Source of the DNA: an uncultured Candidatus Rokubacteria bacterium
GTDB lineage: Bacteria; Methylomirabilota; Methylomirabilia; Rokubacteriales; CSP1-6
Length of the DNA stretch: 64,000 nucleotides
Assembly: GCA_963771355.1 (NCBI GenBank)
Contig: CAVYTA010000008.1
Location: 1 to 64,000 of the forward strand
Reading direction: 5' to 3'
In this document: positions 63,341-64,000 of the stretch, one piece after another
Position numbering within the stretch: position 1 is the stretch's first letter
Layout: the number at the start of each line of letters is the position of its first letter
Program-made: the position numbers and the translations under genes
Notes under the pieces: generated by a model
Database searches by the model: none
Seen by the model: only the letters and a program-made list of their open reading frames with translations
What the model was told of the DNA's origin: nothing

Positions 63341-64000
63341 TACGGCGCGGCGGCTCTGAGCGTGGCCTCGAGGCTCTCCCACGGCATGCCGGGCGCCAGC
63401 CCGATGCTCACCAGATCCACCGCGTCGTCCCACTGCTCGAGCCCCGCGCGCACCTGCGCGCGGGTGCCGTAGACCGTGAGCTGGTCGAGGACGGCCTGGG
63501 CCTCGTGGGGCACGAGTCCCGCCTGCGGGCTGGGCCGGGGATTGGCCGCGCGAATGGCCGCCACCTCTGACGCATAACCCTGCTCCGCCACGCAGCGCGC
63601 GTAGACATCGCCCATGGCGCAGAGATACCAGGCGGCGCAGCTCGCGGCGGCGCCCCGCGCCGTCTCGGCGTCCTCGTCGCAGACCACGGTGGGGCCGGAG
63701 ACGACGGTGAGCGGGCCCGGGCGCTTTCCGGCCGCGGCGCGCAGTCGCTTCAGCTCGGGTGTCCAGGAGGCGAACCGGTCGCGCGGGACCCAGGCGGGCA
63801 TCCACCCATCGCTCAGCTCGGCGGCCACTCGCACCGCGCGCGGGCCCATGGCCGCGATCCAGATGGGGAGGTCGGGGATGGCGGGCTGCCCGAGCCGTAG
63901 CGGACGCGCGGCCGGCGTCGCGGCGAGAGGCACGCGCTCGCCGGCCAGCAGCGCACGCACCGCGAGCGTCACCTCCCGCAGCCGGTCGGCGGGGTGGCGG
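63340..64000 (-). CDS. LLM-class (possibly F420-dependent) oxidoreductase, 5' end outside the window
   Basis: PIWIAAMGPRAVRVAAELSDGW motif. Confidence 0.82.
   Translation of the reverse strand, partial: RHPADRLREVTLAVRALLAGERVPLAATPAARPLRLGQPAIPDLPIWIAAMGPRAVRVAAELSDGWMPAWVPRDRFASWTPELKRLRAAAGKRPGPLTVVSGPTVVCDEDAETARGAAASCAAWYLCAMGDVYARCVAEQGYASEVAAIRAANPRPSPQAGLVPHEAQAVLDQLTVYGTRAQVRAGLEQWDDAVDLVSIGLAPGMPWESLEATLRAAAP

Overview
High-GC bacterial chromosomal window, densely coding. Gene style (tandem orphan PF04392-type binding proteins, many LLM/ABC genes) suggests Candidatus Rokubacteria/Methylomirabilota, which is inference only. From left to right: (1) the edge of a decayed integrative element (two paralogous substrate-binding proteins, a small Cys protein, a frameshifted tyrosine-integrase remnant) against the 5' end of tRNA-Leu(TAG); (2) tig-clpP-clpX, rsmI-thiD-tatC-DEAD helicase, typA; (3) an interleaved molybdate/tungstate uptake cluster (ModE-like wHTH, tupAB, modA, mop, modBC, tupC-like, moaC); (4) tmk-holB-ricT-metG...tatD; (5) a long catabolic region (CoxL-like Mo-protein, amidohydrolases, LIV-type ABC, three luciferase-like monooxygenases, HmgA-like and cupin dioxygenases). 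The best result is a complete IS110-family element (62170-63287) inserted at a CT core into a long palindromic repeat. Its 5' non-coding end reads as a bridge RNA whose four guide segments match this element's own target and donor junctions, and a TTGACT-N17-TATGTT promoter forms only on circularisation. Also found: a 50-aa extremely basic ORF missed by the track, and several single-base indels that look like sequencing errors. All family calls are motif recognition by eye; no searches were run.
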